This document shows positions 18,631-26,979 of a DNA stretch of 64,000 nucleotides, piece after piece. The notes below the pieces were generated by a model. That model saw only the letters and a list, made by a program, of their open reading frames with translations, searched no databases and was not told where the DNA came from. Position 1 is the stretch's first letter, and the number at the start of each line of letters is the position of its first letter. Source of the DNA: Candidatus Kapaibacterium sp. Its GTDB lineage: Bacteria; Bacteroidota; Ignavibacteria; Kapaibacteriales; Kapaibacteriaceae. Position numbers and translations under genes: made by a program. The DNA lies in assembly GCA_022842685.1 (NCBI GenBank), contig JALHPC010000001.1, forward strand, positions 10,905 through 74,904, in the 5' to 3' direction.

Positions 18631-19791
18631 TTAAGCAACACCACCAGCCCCCTCATTCAAGATACTTAGCAGCTCGTGATACACATATATCCTATTGCGC
18701 TGCTTGCCTGTTATCTCGCGAACGATTCCGGTGCCCCCTAACACCTCCAATGCCTTTGCGGCTGTTGGATAGCTAACGTTGAGTTCTGTTGCGATACGGT
18801 TGATGGTTACAAATGGCCGTGCTCGCATGTGTGTATGCACTCGGTACACGTTACTAAGCGTAACACCACTGCTGCGTAGGGTCCTTTCGTCGCTGGCAAA
18901 GAGCTCCATCAGTCTGTTTGCCGTATCGACTGCGCCTGTTGCGGTGTCGTACACACCGTCGAGAAAAAAGTCTAGCCATTGCTCCCAGTCGCCCGTGCTG
19001 CGCACATGGTCAAGCAGACGGTAGTACTCTGTCCGGTGCTCCTTTAGGTACAGACTTAAGTACAGCAGCGGAACACGCAGTACGCCCTCGTTGTGGAGGA
19101 TGAGTGATATCAGTAAGCGACCCGTTCGCCCGTTGCCATCCAAGAACGGATGGATAGTCTCAAACTGAACGTGTGCCAGCGCAGCTTTTAACAGAACAGG
19201 AATATCCTGTTCGTGCAGGAACGATTCTAGTGCAGACATGCAGTCCACAACTCGGTGGGCCGGTGGAGGTACAAAGTGTGCGTTACCCGGTCTTGTGCCT
19301 CCAATCCAGTTTTGGCTCGTTCGGTATTCTCCCGGCTGCCACTCAGAACCACGTCCATTTGCCATCAGCTTTTCATGCACCTCGCGTATGAGCCTGGTTG
19401 AGAGCGGGAACCCGCCTTGCAACCTCTCCAGCCCATGGTTCATGGCAACAACGTAGTTTGATACCTCGATAACGTCGTTGAAAGGGGCACCGGGGGCCTC
19501 ATCGAGTTCAAACAGCAAGAGGTCGGAGAGCGACGACTGTGTGCCCTCGATTTGCGACGACAGCACGGCCTCGCGTCGAACATACGAGTACAAGAACAGA
19601 TGTGGATCGGGTAGCACGGCAGCAATTCCGTCCAATCTACCGCATGCTAAGAGCGCGCGCTCGTGTTTCCGGCCCAGCTCGCCCGACACATCAAGCGGCG
19701 GGTTTGGAGGTAACGCGGCGGGCACAAAGGCCTGAACGGTTTCACCCGCTACCGAGGTTGTTTCGTAACGTCCAGTGTTCGCACGGTTCAT
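18631..19791 (-). CDS. Fic-family protein (probable AMP transferase) with N-terminal inhibitory helix and C-terminal winged HTH
   Basis: Fic motif HPFLDGNGRTGRLL. Inhibitory motif [ST]xxxE[GN] present as SSQIEG upstream in the same chain. C-terminal TINRIATELNVSYPTAAKALEVLGGTGIVREI is HTH-like. The track start 19827 is a TTG; the first ATG is 19791 (MNRANTGRYE). Confidence 0.9.
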   Translation of the reverse strand: MNRANTGRYETTSVAGETVQAFVPAALPPNPPLDVSGELGRKHERALLACGRLDGIAAVLPDPHLFLYSYVRREAVLSSQIEGTQSSLSDLLLFELDEAPGAPFNDVIEVSNYVVAMNHGLERLQGGFPLSTRLIREVHEKLMANGRGSEWQPGEYRTSQNWIGGTRPGNAHFVPPPAHRVVDCMSALESFLHEQDIPVLLKAALAHVQFETIHPFLDGNGRTGRLLISLILHNEGVLRVPLLYLSLYLKEHRTEYYRLLDHVRSTGDWEQWLDFFLDGVYDTATGAVDTANRLMELFASDERTLRSSGVTLSNVYRVHTHMRARPFVTINRIATELNVSYPTAAKALEVLGGTGIVREITGKQRNRIYVYHELLSILNEGAGGVA

Positions 19792-19797
19792 ACCCTG

Positions 19798-19910
19798 CAA
19801 AGCTACGCTATTAAAGCAAATCGGCAAGACCTTTAATAGTGTACTGCTTATTCAAACAAGCTTTAATAAGTCAGATCGCTATTAAAGCTTTCGGCGGTTT
19901 ACTTTAACAA
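19798..19910 (-). promoter_or_regulatory. Fic upstream control region: -7 box plus four to five copies of a 9-bp AT-rich motif in inverted pairs
   Basis: TAGCTTTG-CAGGGT-ATG on the minus strand (19805..19798). CTATTAAAG at 19808-19816 and 19879-19887. Its reverse complement CTTTAATAG at 19831-19839, CTTTAATAA at 19861-19869, and degenerate CTTTAACAA at 19902-19910. Confidence 0.45.
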
Positions 19911-19950
19911 TGGCCTGTTTCGCGTGTTTTTGGCGTGGTTTGCCCCTCCC

Positions 19951-20700
19951 CTACCTACACACCGTTCCCCCACCCAAGTTGTAGGCGTTGGTGATGCGCA
20001 CGCTGCTAACGCCAGCACGCACAGCCGCAAATGCCATGTCGAGCTTGGGACGCATGCCGGCCGTGACGATGCCCGAATCGACAAGCGCTGCTACGTCGCC
20101 CGCGCGGAGCTCTGGTATCACAGAGGTTTCGTCCGCCACATCACGCAGCACTCCGGCATGGTCGAACACGTACGTTAACGCAACCTGCTCACCCAGCGAT
20201 GCCGCAATATTCGAAGCCATGATATCGGCATTGGTGTTTAACAACTGCCCCCCGCCGTCATGCGTTATGGGCGCTATCACTGGTGTTAGTCCCCCATCCA
20301 GTAGTCCATGCAACACCCCTGCATGAACCGCTGCAACGTCGCCCACAAAGCCGTAATCGATGTCCTGAATCTCGCGCTTGGTAGCGCGCACAACGTTTCC
20401 ATCGGCACCCGATAGCCCAATGGCATTCACCCCCCGCGCCTGCAACTGCGCCGTTAGCCAGGTGTTAATCCACCCAGCAAAGGTCATAACAACAACTTCT
20501 AACGTTGCCGCATCGGTAACTCGCCTGCCGTCCACCATGGTTTGCGGCAGGCCCAACTGCTCGGCCAACGTCGTAGCACGCCGCCCCCCACCGTGCACAA
20601 CGATTAAGGGGCGCTGCAAGACTTGGCAGTGGTCAAGCACGGCAGATAACGCCGCTGCGTCGTCGATGACGGCGCCGCCGATTTTTATGACGTCAATCAC
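19951..20700 (-). CDS. argB: Acetylglutamate kinase
   Basis: GTG 20700 (VIDVIKIGGAVIDD...) overlaps the argF' TGA (GTGA). LIVVHGGG and NTNADIMAS are amino-acid-kinase motifs. The longer track ORF is a 5' extension into argF'. Confidence 0.9.
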   Translation of the reverse strand: MIDVIKIGGAVIDDAAALSAVLDHCQVLQRPLIVVHGGGRRATTLAEQLGLPQTMVDGRRVTDAATLEVVVMTFAGWINTWLTAQLQARGVNAIGLSGADGNVVRATKREIQDIDYGFVGDVAAVHAGVLHGLLDGGLTPVIAPITHDGGGQLLNTNADIMASNIAASLGEQVALTYVFDHAGVLRDVADETSVIPELRAGDVAALVDSGIVTAGMRPKLDMAFAAVRAGVSSVRITNAYNLGGGTVCR

Positions 20701-21647
20701 GCGAGCGCCTTTAGCATTTCTGCAAGTACCGTCTGCGCACTCACCACGCGATTTGCCGCCTCGTCCAACACGATGGATCGCGGAGAGTCGAGCACGGCGT
20801 CGCTGACGATGACGTTGCGCCGCACTGGCAGACAATGCATGAACTTGCCGTTGTTCGTTAGCGCCATCTTTGCTTCGGTGATTTGCCACGACGGATCGCT
20901 GTTGGTGATGCGGCCGTAGTCCGCATAGCTGCTCCAGTTTTTGGCATAGACAAAGTGCGCTCCGTCAAGCGCCTCGTCTTGGTTGTGCGTTACGTGTACA
21001 CCACTCACAAACTCGTCGGCAAGCTCGTACCCTTCTGGGTGCGTTACCACAAGGTCGACCGGTGCCCCCTTCATCCATTCGACAAATGAGTTGGGCACGG
21101 CCTGCGGTAGGGCCTTAGGATGAGCAGCCCAGGTGAGCACAACCTTTGGGCGCACCACGGGGCGGTGCTGCATGATGGTGATGAGGTCGGCAAAGCTTTG
21201 CAGCGGGTGGCGCGTGGCGCTTTCGAGGGAGATAACAGGCACGCCGCTATAAGTGACAAACTGCTCGAGGACGGTCTCGGCGTAGTCGTAGTCGCGATCC
21301 ACAAGGCCTGGAAAGGTGCGCAGACCTAGGATGTCGCAGTACCGCCCCATAACGCCAGCGGCTTCGCGCATGTGCTCGCCTGCGGCACCGTCCATCACCA
21401 CGCCGTCGCGGGTTTCGATGGTCCACGCATCGGCACCGGCATTGAGCACAATGGTGTCCATGCCCAAAAGCTGTGCGGCCTTTTGCGTACTCATACGCGT
21501 GCGCAACGACGGATTGAGGAAGACAAGCCCTAGGGTGCGACGCCGACCAAGGTCGGCGCTGCGCCACGGATTGGCGGCATAGTCCATGGCTTCGGACAGC
21601 AAGGCGTCGAGATTGGCAACGTCGGCTATACGGGTGAATCGTTTCAT
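20697..21647 (-). CDS. argF: N-acyl-ornithine carbamoyltransferase (ArgF' type; acetyl versus succinyl specificity not resolvable here)
   Basis: ATG 21647 (MKRFTRIADV) overlaps the argD TGA (ATGA); 316 aa. FLNPSLRTR replaces the STRTR of classical OTCase; HCLPVRRN is present. Sits in an argD-argB context. Confidence 0.8.
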   Translation of the reverse strand: MKRFTRIADVANLDALLSEAMDYAANPWRSADLGRRRTLGLVFLNPSLRTRMSTQKAAQLLGMDTIVLNAGADAWTIETRDGVVMDGAAGEHMREAAGVMGRYCDILGLRTFPGLVDRDYDYAETVLEQFVTYSGVPVISLESATRHPLQSFADLITIMQHRPVVRPKVVLTWAAHPKALPQAVPNSFVEWMKGAPVDLVVTHPEGYELADEFVSGVHVTHNQDEALDGAHFVYAKNWSSYADYGRITNSDPSWQITEAKMALTNNGKFMHCLPVRRNVIVSDAVLDSPRSIVLDEAANRVVSAQTVLAEMLKALA

Positions 21648-22783
21648 GACGCAAGCTCCGCAAGTGTGTGTGTGAGTGCTTCGACGAATTGTTGTAGCAG
21701 GCCATCGTCGATGGTAAGCGCCGGCAGTACACGTACAGTGTTGGGCGTAGAGGCATTGCCGGTAAGCATGCGGTGGTGGCGCACAAGATGTGCGCGCACT
21801 ACGCTGGAAGGCACAACGGTATCGATGCCAATCATGAGGCCGCGCCCGCGCACAGCGGTAACGCCAGCAATGCCACGCACGGCGTTGATAAGGTAGGCGC
21901 CCTTGCGTGCTGCTTCGGCCACAAGGTTGTCGCGTTGCACAACGTGCAGCGTAGCCAGTGCCGCAGCACAGGCAAGGTGGTTGCCGCCAAAGGTTGTGCC
22001 CAGCATACCGTCCCAAACGGCAACATCGGGATGCACCAAGATGCCCCCAACAGGAAAGCCATTGCCAAGACCCTTAGCCATGGTTATGATGTGGGGCTGG
22101 ATGCCAGCCACCTGGTGCGCAAAGAAGGTACCGGTGCGTCCCATGCCGCTTTGCACTTCGTCGAGAACTAGCATGGTACCGGTATCGGTACAGGCCCTCT
22201 CGATTGTACGAAGGGTGTGGGCCGAGGCCTCGTAGACGCCGCCGACGCCTTGTATGCCCTCGATGATAACGGCGGCAACGTCGCCCTGGGCAAGACGTTC
22301 GGCAACGGCTGTGGCATCGTCGAGCGGCAGGAAGGTCACGTCGTGACAGCGATTAACAGGCGCTTGAATCTTGGGATTGTCGGTAGCAGCCACGGCCAAA
22401 CTTGTGCGCCCGTGAAAGGCGCCACGCATGGCAACAACGGCACTGCGTCCCGTTGCAAACGAAGCGAGTTTAAGAGCATTTTCGTTGGCCTCGGCACCAG
22501 AGTTTACCATAAACCAACGGTAGTCGGGATAGCCGCTTGCATTGGCCAGTTCTACTGCCAGCTGTTCCTGCACGCCAATGTGAACCGAGTTGGAATAGAA
22601 GCCCAGCTGTGCTACCTGCTGCTGTACGGCAGCAACGTAGTGGGGATGGCAATGGCCAATGGTAATAACGGCATGGCCGCCATAGAGGTCGATGTAGTCG
22701 ATGCCGTTGGCATCGGTGACAACGCTGCCAGCGCCACGCACCAACTCGACGTCCATGAGTGAATAAACGGGCAACAGACTCAT
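21644..22783 (-). CDS. argD: Acetyl/succinyl-ornithine aminotransferase (class III PLP)
   Basis: 379 aa, GIDYIDLYGGHAVITIGHCHP...LVLDEVQSGMGRTG. ATG 22783 overlaps the argC TGA. Confidence 0.9.
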   Translation of the reverse strand: MSLLPVYSLMDVELVRGAGSVVTDANGIDYIDLYGGHAVITIGHCHPHYVAAVQQQVAQLGFYSNSVHIGVQEQLAVELANASGYPDYRWFMVNSGAEANENALKLASFATGRSAVVAMRGAFHGRTSLAVAATDNPKIQAPVNRCHDVTFLPLDDATAVAERLAQGDVAAVIIEGIQGVGGVYEASAHTLRTIERACTDTGTMLVLDEVQSGMGRTGTFFAHQVAGIQPHIITMAKGLGNGFPVGGILVHPDVAVWDGMLGTTFGGNHLACAAALATLHVVQRDNLVAEAARKGAYLINAVRGIAGVTAVRGRGLMIGIDTVVPSSVVRAHLVRHHRMLTGNASTPNTVRVLPALTIDDGLLQQFVEALTHTLAELAS

Positions 22784-23697
22784 GGCAGGAGCCCCGCCAT
22801 TTCGGCCCAGCCCAAGGCAACATTCATGTTCTGCACTGCTTGCGCCGATGCCCCTTTCAGCAGATTGTCGATGACAGAGACAACTAAGAGCTGACTACCG
22901 TTTTGTTGGAAGCCGATGTAGCAGAAGGGCGACAGCACGACGCGCCCCACGTCTGGAAGGTCAGAAACAACGTGCGTGGCCGGCTCGTTGGTATAGGCCG
23001 CTGCAAAAAGCTGGGCAACGTCTGGGGCATTTTCTGGGAGATCGACAACACACGTGGCAATGATGCCTCGCGCCCACGGAGCACGCATGGGAATAAACAC
23101 AACCTTACCCGTACCCAGCGTAGCGTGGATTTCGGCCAGGTGTTGATGATCAAAAGCTTTATAAACACTGGCATTGTTGTTACGCCAGCTAAAGTGCGTG
23201 GTGTCGGTTGGCTGTTGCCCTGCACCGGTAGAGCCAGTAAGCGCCGTAACATGGGCGGTGGTTAACAAGCCCGCATTGGCTAGTGGCAGCAAGGCCAGCT
23301 CGATAGCCGTTGCAAAGCAGCCGGGGTTGGCAATGCGACGCGCCTGGGCAATCTGCGCGCGGTTGGCCTCGGGTAGGCCATACGTCCACGCGCTATCAAG
23401 TCGGTGGTCGGCGCTTAGATCGATGATCAACCGGTCAGACGGCTGGGGGTTATTCGCAAGCCACTCTGAGGCTTTGCCGTGGGCGACGCACAGAAACACA
23501 ACGTCAACGTCGTCCGGCAAGGCATCCACAAACACACCGTCGGTACGACCTGTTAACGAGGAGAACACCTCGGCCCACGATTTCCCTGCGGAAGATGAAC
23601 TAACAGCAGCAACATCATCAACATGTGGATGCGTTGAGAGAATGCGTATCAGCTCGCCGCCAGTATAGCCGGCAGCTCCAACAATGGCGGCCTTCAT
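22780..23697 (-). CDS. argC: N-acetyl-gamma-glutamyl-phosphate reductase
   Basis: 305 aa, MKAAIVGAAGYTGGELIRIL, active-site NPGCFATAIELALLPL. ATG 23697 overlaps the argG TGA. Confidence 0.95.
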   Translation of the reverse strand: MKAAIVGAAGYTGGELIRILSTHPHVDDVAAVSSSSAGKSWAEVFSSLTGRTDGVFVDALPDDVDVVFLCVAHGKASEWLANNPQPSDRLIIDLSADHRLDSAWTYGLPEANRAQIAQARRIANPGCFATAIELALLPLANAGLLTTAHVTALTGSTGAGQQPTDTTHFSWRNNNASVYKAFDHQHLAEIHATLGTGKVVFIPMRAPWARGIIATCVVDLPENAPDVAQLFAAAYTNEPATHVVSDLPDVGRVVLSPFCYIGFQQNGSQLLVVSVIDNLLKGASAQAVQNMNVALGWAEMAGLLP

Positions 23698-24881
23698 GAG
23701 CGCACCGACCGGTGAATGGCCGTCGACATGGCCGACAGCAGTGCAAAGCCCCGCGCATCCTGCCCAGTCCAGCCGTTATTTTCCTCGCCATACGTTGCCA
23801 CCGAACTTCGCATCATGTCAAGGGGCGCTGCTACACCAAGAACGCTGGCGCTATGCGGCCGCAGTTGCAGCGTAACCGTGCCAGTAACGTCGCACTGCGT
23901 GTTGGCAAGGAATGCCTCGATGCTTCGCATGGCTGGCTCGAGGAACTGGCCTTCGTGAAGCAGTTGGCCATACCATAGCGACAACTGATCTTTAAGCTGC
24001 AGTTGCCACTTCGTGAGCACATGTTTTTCCAGCGCATGGTGCGCTTGAATCGTAAGCAAAGCGGCAGGCGCCTCAAAGGCGACACGACCCTTAATGCCAA
24101 GAATAGTGTCTCCTACGTGCATGTCGCGTCCCAGCCGGTAGGATGCGCCAATGGTGTTAAGCGAGCGCAGGAGTTCGACAGGGTCCATATCAATACCATT
24201 GAGCGACGTCGGCTCGCCGCTTGTAAAACCAATCTCGAGCTTGATGACGTCGGTATCGGCAGGTGTCGATTCCGATGGCCATGCCGAATCGGGCAACCCT
24301 TGTGTTGCCGTAAGCGTTTCGCGTCCACCAATGGTCGTTCCCCACAATCCTTGATTGATAGAGTATGCCGCCTTCGTCCACTCCCCTTCCACGCCATGTT
24401 GCACCAGGTAGGCAATCTCTTGATCGCGGCTAAGGCGTTGGTCGCGGATGGGCGTAATCACGGGAATGTGCGGACACATAATGCGGAACACCACATCGAA
24501 CCGAATTTGGTCGTTACCTGCACCCGTACTGCCATGGGCAAGATGCGTAGCGTTGATTTCGAGAGCATGCTGGGCGATGCGGCGGGCTTGCACAACGCGT
24601 TCGGCGCTCACAGAAAGCGGATAGGTGTTGTTCTTGAGTACGTTGCCAGCAATGCACCAGCGAAGCACATCGGAATACAGTTCCTGGGTTGCATCAATCG
24701 TGGCATGGCTGGCCACGCCGCACTGCGCTGCGCGCTCGGCAATGCGGGCAAGTTCCTCGGCAGAGAATCCGCCGGTGTCGACCACGACGGTGTGAACCTC
24801 CATGCCGAGATCTACCGCTAGGTAGCGCGCACAGTAGGTTGTATCGAGGCCCCCTGAAAAGGCAAGTAACACGCGGTTCAT
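23694..24881 (-). CDS. argG: Argininosuccinate synthase
   Basis: ATG 24881 (MNRVLLAFSGGLDTTYCARYL) overlaps the GNAT TGA (ATGA); HGSTGAGNDQIRFD. The track ORF start 24980 is an upstream GTG inside the GNAT gene. Confidence 0.95.
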   Translation of the reverse strand: MNRVLLAFSGGLDTTYCARYLAVDLGMEVHTVVVDTGGFSAEELARIAERAAQCGVASHATIDATQELYSDVLRWCIAGNVLKNNTYPLSVSAERVVQARRIAQHALEINATHLAHGSTGAGNDQIRFDVVFRIMCPHIPVITPIRDQRLSRDQEIAYLVQHGVEGEWTKAAYSINQGLWGTTIGGRETLTATQGLPDSAWPSESTPADTDVIKLEIGFTSGEPTSLNGIDMDPVELLRSLNTIGASYRLGRDMHVGDTILGIKGRVAFEAPAALLTIQAHHALEKHVLTKWQLQLKDQLSLWYGQLLHEGQFLEPAMRSIEAFLANTQCDVTGTVTLQLRPHSASVLGVAAPLDMMRSSVATYGEENNGWTGQDARGFALLSAMSTAIHRSVRS

Positions 24882-25474
24882 GATGTTGAGTCGGATGATG
24901 GAAGGGAAATCTGCACGAGGGACGATGCCGTAGCGGCAGTGTCGGCAGACGGATCGTACATCATGCCAGTACACAGGCACATCGTACGGTTAGTGCGGGT
25001 AAGGATATCGAAGTTTGGACAGCTTTTGCAGCCATTCCAGAAGTCTTCGTCCTTGGTAAGGTCGGTGAAGTGTGTGGGCTTGTAGCCCAGCTCCGAGTTG
25101 ATTTTCATGACGGCAGCGCTTGTGGTGATGCCAAAGATCTTGGCATCGGGATAGCGTTGTCGGCTTAGCTCGAAGGCGGCGCGTTTAATAGCGCGGGCTA
25201 GGTTGTGTTTGCGGAATTCGGGTACAACGATAAGGCCGGAGTTGGCAACGTAACGGCCGTGCTCCCACGTTTCCACGTAGCAGAAGCCGGCGAAGTCGCC
25301 TGTGGGTGTAAGCGCAATGATGGCCTTGCCTTCGCGCATCTTGGTGATGATGTACTCTGGTGTTCGCTTGGCGATACCAGTGCCGCGTTGTTGAGCGGCT
25401 TGAAAGATGGCTTCTACGATGGTTTCGGCATAGACTTCATGCCGTGCATCGGCTACGCCGATCACTACATCCAT
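24878..25474 (-). CDS. GNAT-family N-acyltransferase, first gene of the arginine operon (candidate glutamate N-acyltransferase)
   Basis: ATG 25474 (MDVVIGVADARHE...), 198 aa. GLIVVPEFRKHNLARAIKRAAF fits the GNAT acyl-CoA binding motif. Its position upstream of argG matches Bacteroidetes arg clusters. Confidence 0.75.
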   Translation of the reverse strand: MDVVIGVADARHEVYAETIVEAIFQAAQQRGTGIAKRTPEYIITKMREGKAIIALTPTGDFAGFCYVETWEHGRYVANSGLIVVPEFRKHNLARAIKRAAFELSRQRYPDAKIFGITTSAAVMKINSELGYKPTHFTDLTKDEDFWNGCKSCPNFDILTRTNRTMCLCTGMMYDPSADTAATASSLVQISLPSSDSTS

Positions 25475-25636
25475 GGTGGTGGTTGCTGACGAAAAAGGTG
25501 GAAAGCGAAAGAAGTCGCGGTCGACCAAGACGTTACGCGGTAGGAGACGCCTTGCACGGCAGCATTGCGCTGCGTCGAGTGGGCTTCGCTGCGGGGGCGG
25601 TTAGCAGCGCGGGAGAACAGCCACGCCAACAAACCG

Positions 25637-25708
25637 GACTTCCCGCAGCGGAAGTCGTCGGACGGATGGGCGATGTGGTCTGGCAGTGTTCATTGGGCTG
25701 CAAATGTA
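25637..25708 (-). promoter_or_regulatory. Candidate arg-operon promoter (-7 box TACATTTG) and leader hairpin
   Basis: TACATTTG on the minus strand at 25708..25701, 227 nt upstream of the GNAT ATG. A 7-bp hairpin GACTTCC-N6-GGAAGTC (25637-25656) is followed on the minus strand by GGTTTGTTGG. Confidence 0.3.
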
Positions 25709-25800
25709 CGGCAAATCGATGGAATGAGCGAGGGCTCGTAAACAGGTCAACGAACCTTGTATTGCGTACACCTAGGTGTTCGATTAACTAGGATGCGGCA

Positions 25801-26310
25801 TTACTCCTCTGTTTGCACCGGGCTTTGCAGCCGGTCGTTCTTTGCTCGAGACTCGTTTGCCAAGCGCCCCTTAAAGTCAATAATGCGCTGAAGGAGTAGT
25901 GGGTCGGCAGTAGCAAGGATCTCAGCGGCCAGGATACCGGCGTTACGACCTCCACCCACGGCCACGGTGGCTACGGGCACACCGGCGGGCATTTGTACGA
26001 TGCTTAGAAGGGAGTCCAGACCACGAAGCTGACGTGTAGGAATAGGTACACCAATAACGGGCAATGGCGAGCACGAGGCCAACATTCCCGGCAGGTGGGC
26101 TGCACCACCAGCACCAGCAATGATCACCCTTAGGCCCCGTTCATGGGCATTGGTGCCGTACTCAATCATGTCGTGCGGCGTTCTGTGCGCACTTACAACC
26201 TTTATCTCGTAAGGGATGCCGAACTCCTCGCACATTGCGGCTGCATCTGCCATTACGGGCAGATCGGAATCACTGCCCATGACGATTCCAATAAGGGGCG
26301 TCGGTGTCAT
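25801..26310 (-). CDS. purE: N5-carboxyaminoimidazole ribonucleotide mutase
   Basis: ATG 26310 ([20 protein letters not shown]...VSAHRTP...[10 protein letters not shown]) overlaps the engB TGA (ATGA). Confidence 0.95.
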   Translation of the reverse strand: MTPTPLIGIVMGSDSDLPVMADAAAMCEEFGIPYEIKVVSAHRTPHDMIEYGTNAHERGLRVIIAGAGGAAHLPGMLASCSPLPVIGVPIPTRQLRGLDSLLSIVQMPAGVPVATVAVGGGRNAGILAAEILATADPLLLQRIIDFKGRLANESRAKNDRLQSPVQTEE

Positions 26311-26921
26311 GATTGGGTTTCCTGTGATGACTGAGTAACACGTTTGATGATGCCGATGAGAGCGTTGCGCCCATCGCCGGCTGTGGCCGAGGTTGGAACG
26401 ACGTCTACAACATGGTGGCAAAACGCTAAAAGGCCACGTAGCTGTTCCACGCGTGCCTCAACATCGGCCGGTTTTAACTTGTCGCATTTTGTCAGCACTA
26501 CGGCGTAGCGACGTCCCATAAACTCAAGCCGCTCAAGCATGGCCATATCGTGCGGCATGGGGTCGTGCCGTGCGTCTACAAGCACAAACACGCACTGTAG
26601 CTGTTCACGCTGGTTAAGGTAGGCGTCGATGAGGCTGGCAAACTCGGTGCGACGCACCTTCGATACAGCTGCATAGCCATATCCGGGAAGGTCGGCCAGT
26701 ACGACGCCGAGTTCGGTACGAAAGAAGTTGATTTCTTGGGTTTTACCAGGCGTTTGGCTTACGCGCGCAACCTTGCCAGTGCGAAGAATGGCGTTAATGA
26801 GCGACGATTTACCAACGTTCGACCGGCCAACCATGGCTACTTCGGGCGCATCCGTTGGGGGGAACTGCGCAGGTTGCGCAGCACCAAGAAGGAATTCTGC
26901 CGAGAGCGTTACAAAGGCCAT
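26307..26921 (-). CDS. engB: Ribosome-biogenesis GTPase YihA/EngB
   Basis: ATG 26921 ([15 protein letters not shown]...). P-loop [14 protein letters not shown]; DLPGYGYA; TKCDKL. Confidence 0.9.
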   Translation of the reverse strand: MAFVTLSAEFLLGAAQPAQFPPTDAPEVAMVGRSNVGKSSLINAILRTGKVARVSQTPGKTQEINFFRTELGVVLADLPGYGYAAVSKVRRTEFASLIDAYLNQREQLQCVFVLVDARHDPMPHDMAMLERLEFMGRRYAVVLTKCDKLKPADVEARVEQLRGLLAFCHHVVDVVPTSATAGDGRNALIGIIKRVTQSSQETQS

Positions 26922-26955
26922 AAAATGGAAACGCCGAATCGGAGCGATTCGGCGT
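26922..26955 (-). terminator. Rho-independent terminator after rplQ
   Basis: Perfect 10-bp stem ACGCCGAATC/GATTCGGCGT with loop GGAGC (26931-26955). On the minus strand it is followed by TTCCATTTT, which runs directly into the engB ATG. Confidence 0.65.
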
Positions 26956-26979
26956 GCTACCAATAGTGATTGTCAGTGA

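Noticed and set aside
20697-22016. 439-aa track ORF (and 21247..21786) suggesting a much longer carbamoyltransferase
   Set aside because: The 5' 123 codons overlap the 3' half of argD in another frame and are Arg/Cys/His-rich nonsense. ATG 21647 gives a normal-length ArgF' with an ATGA junction to argD.
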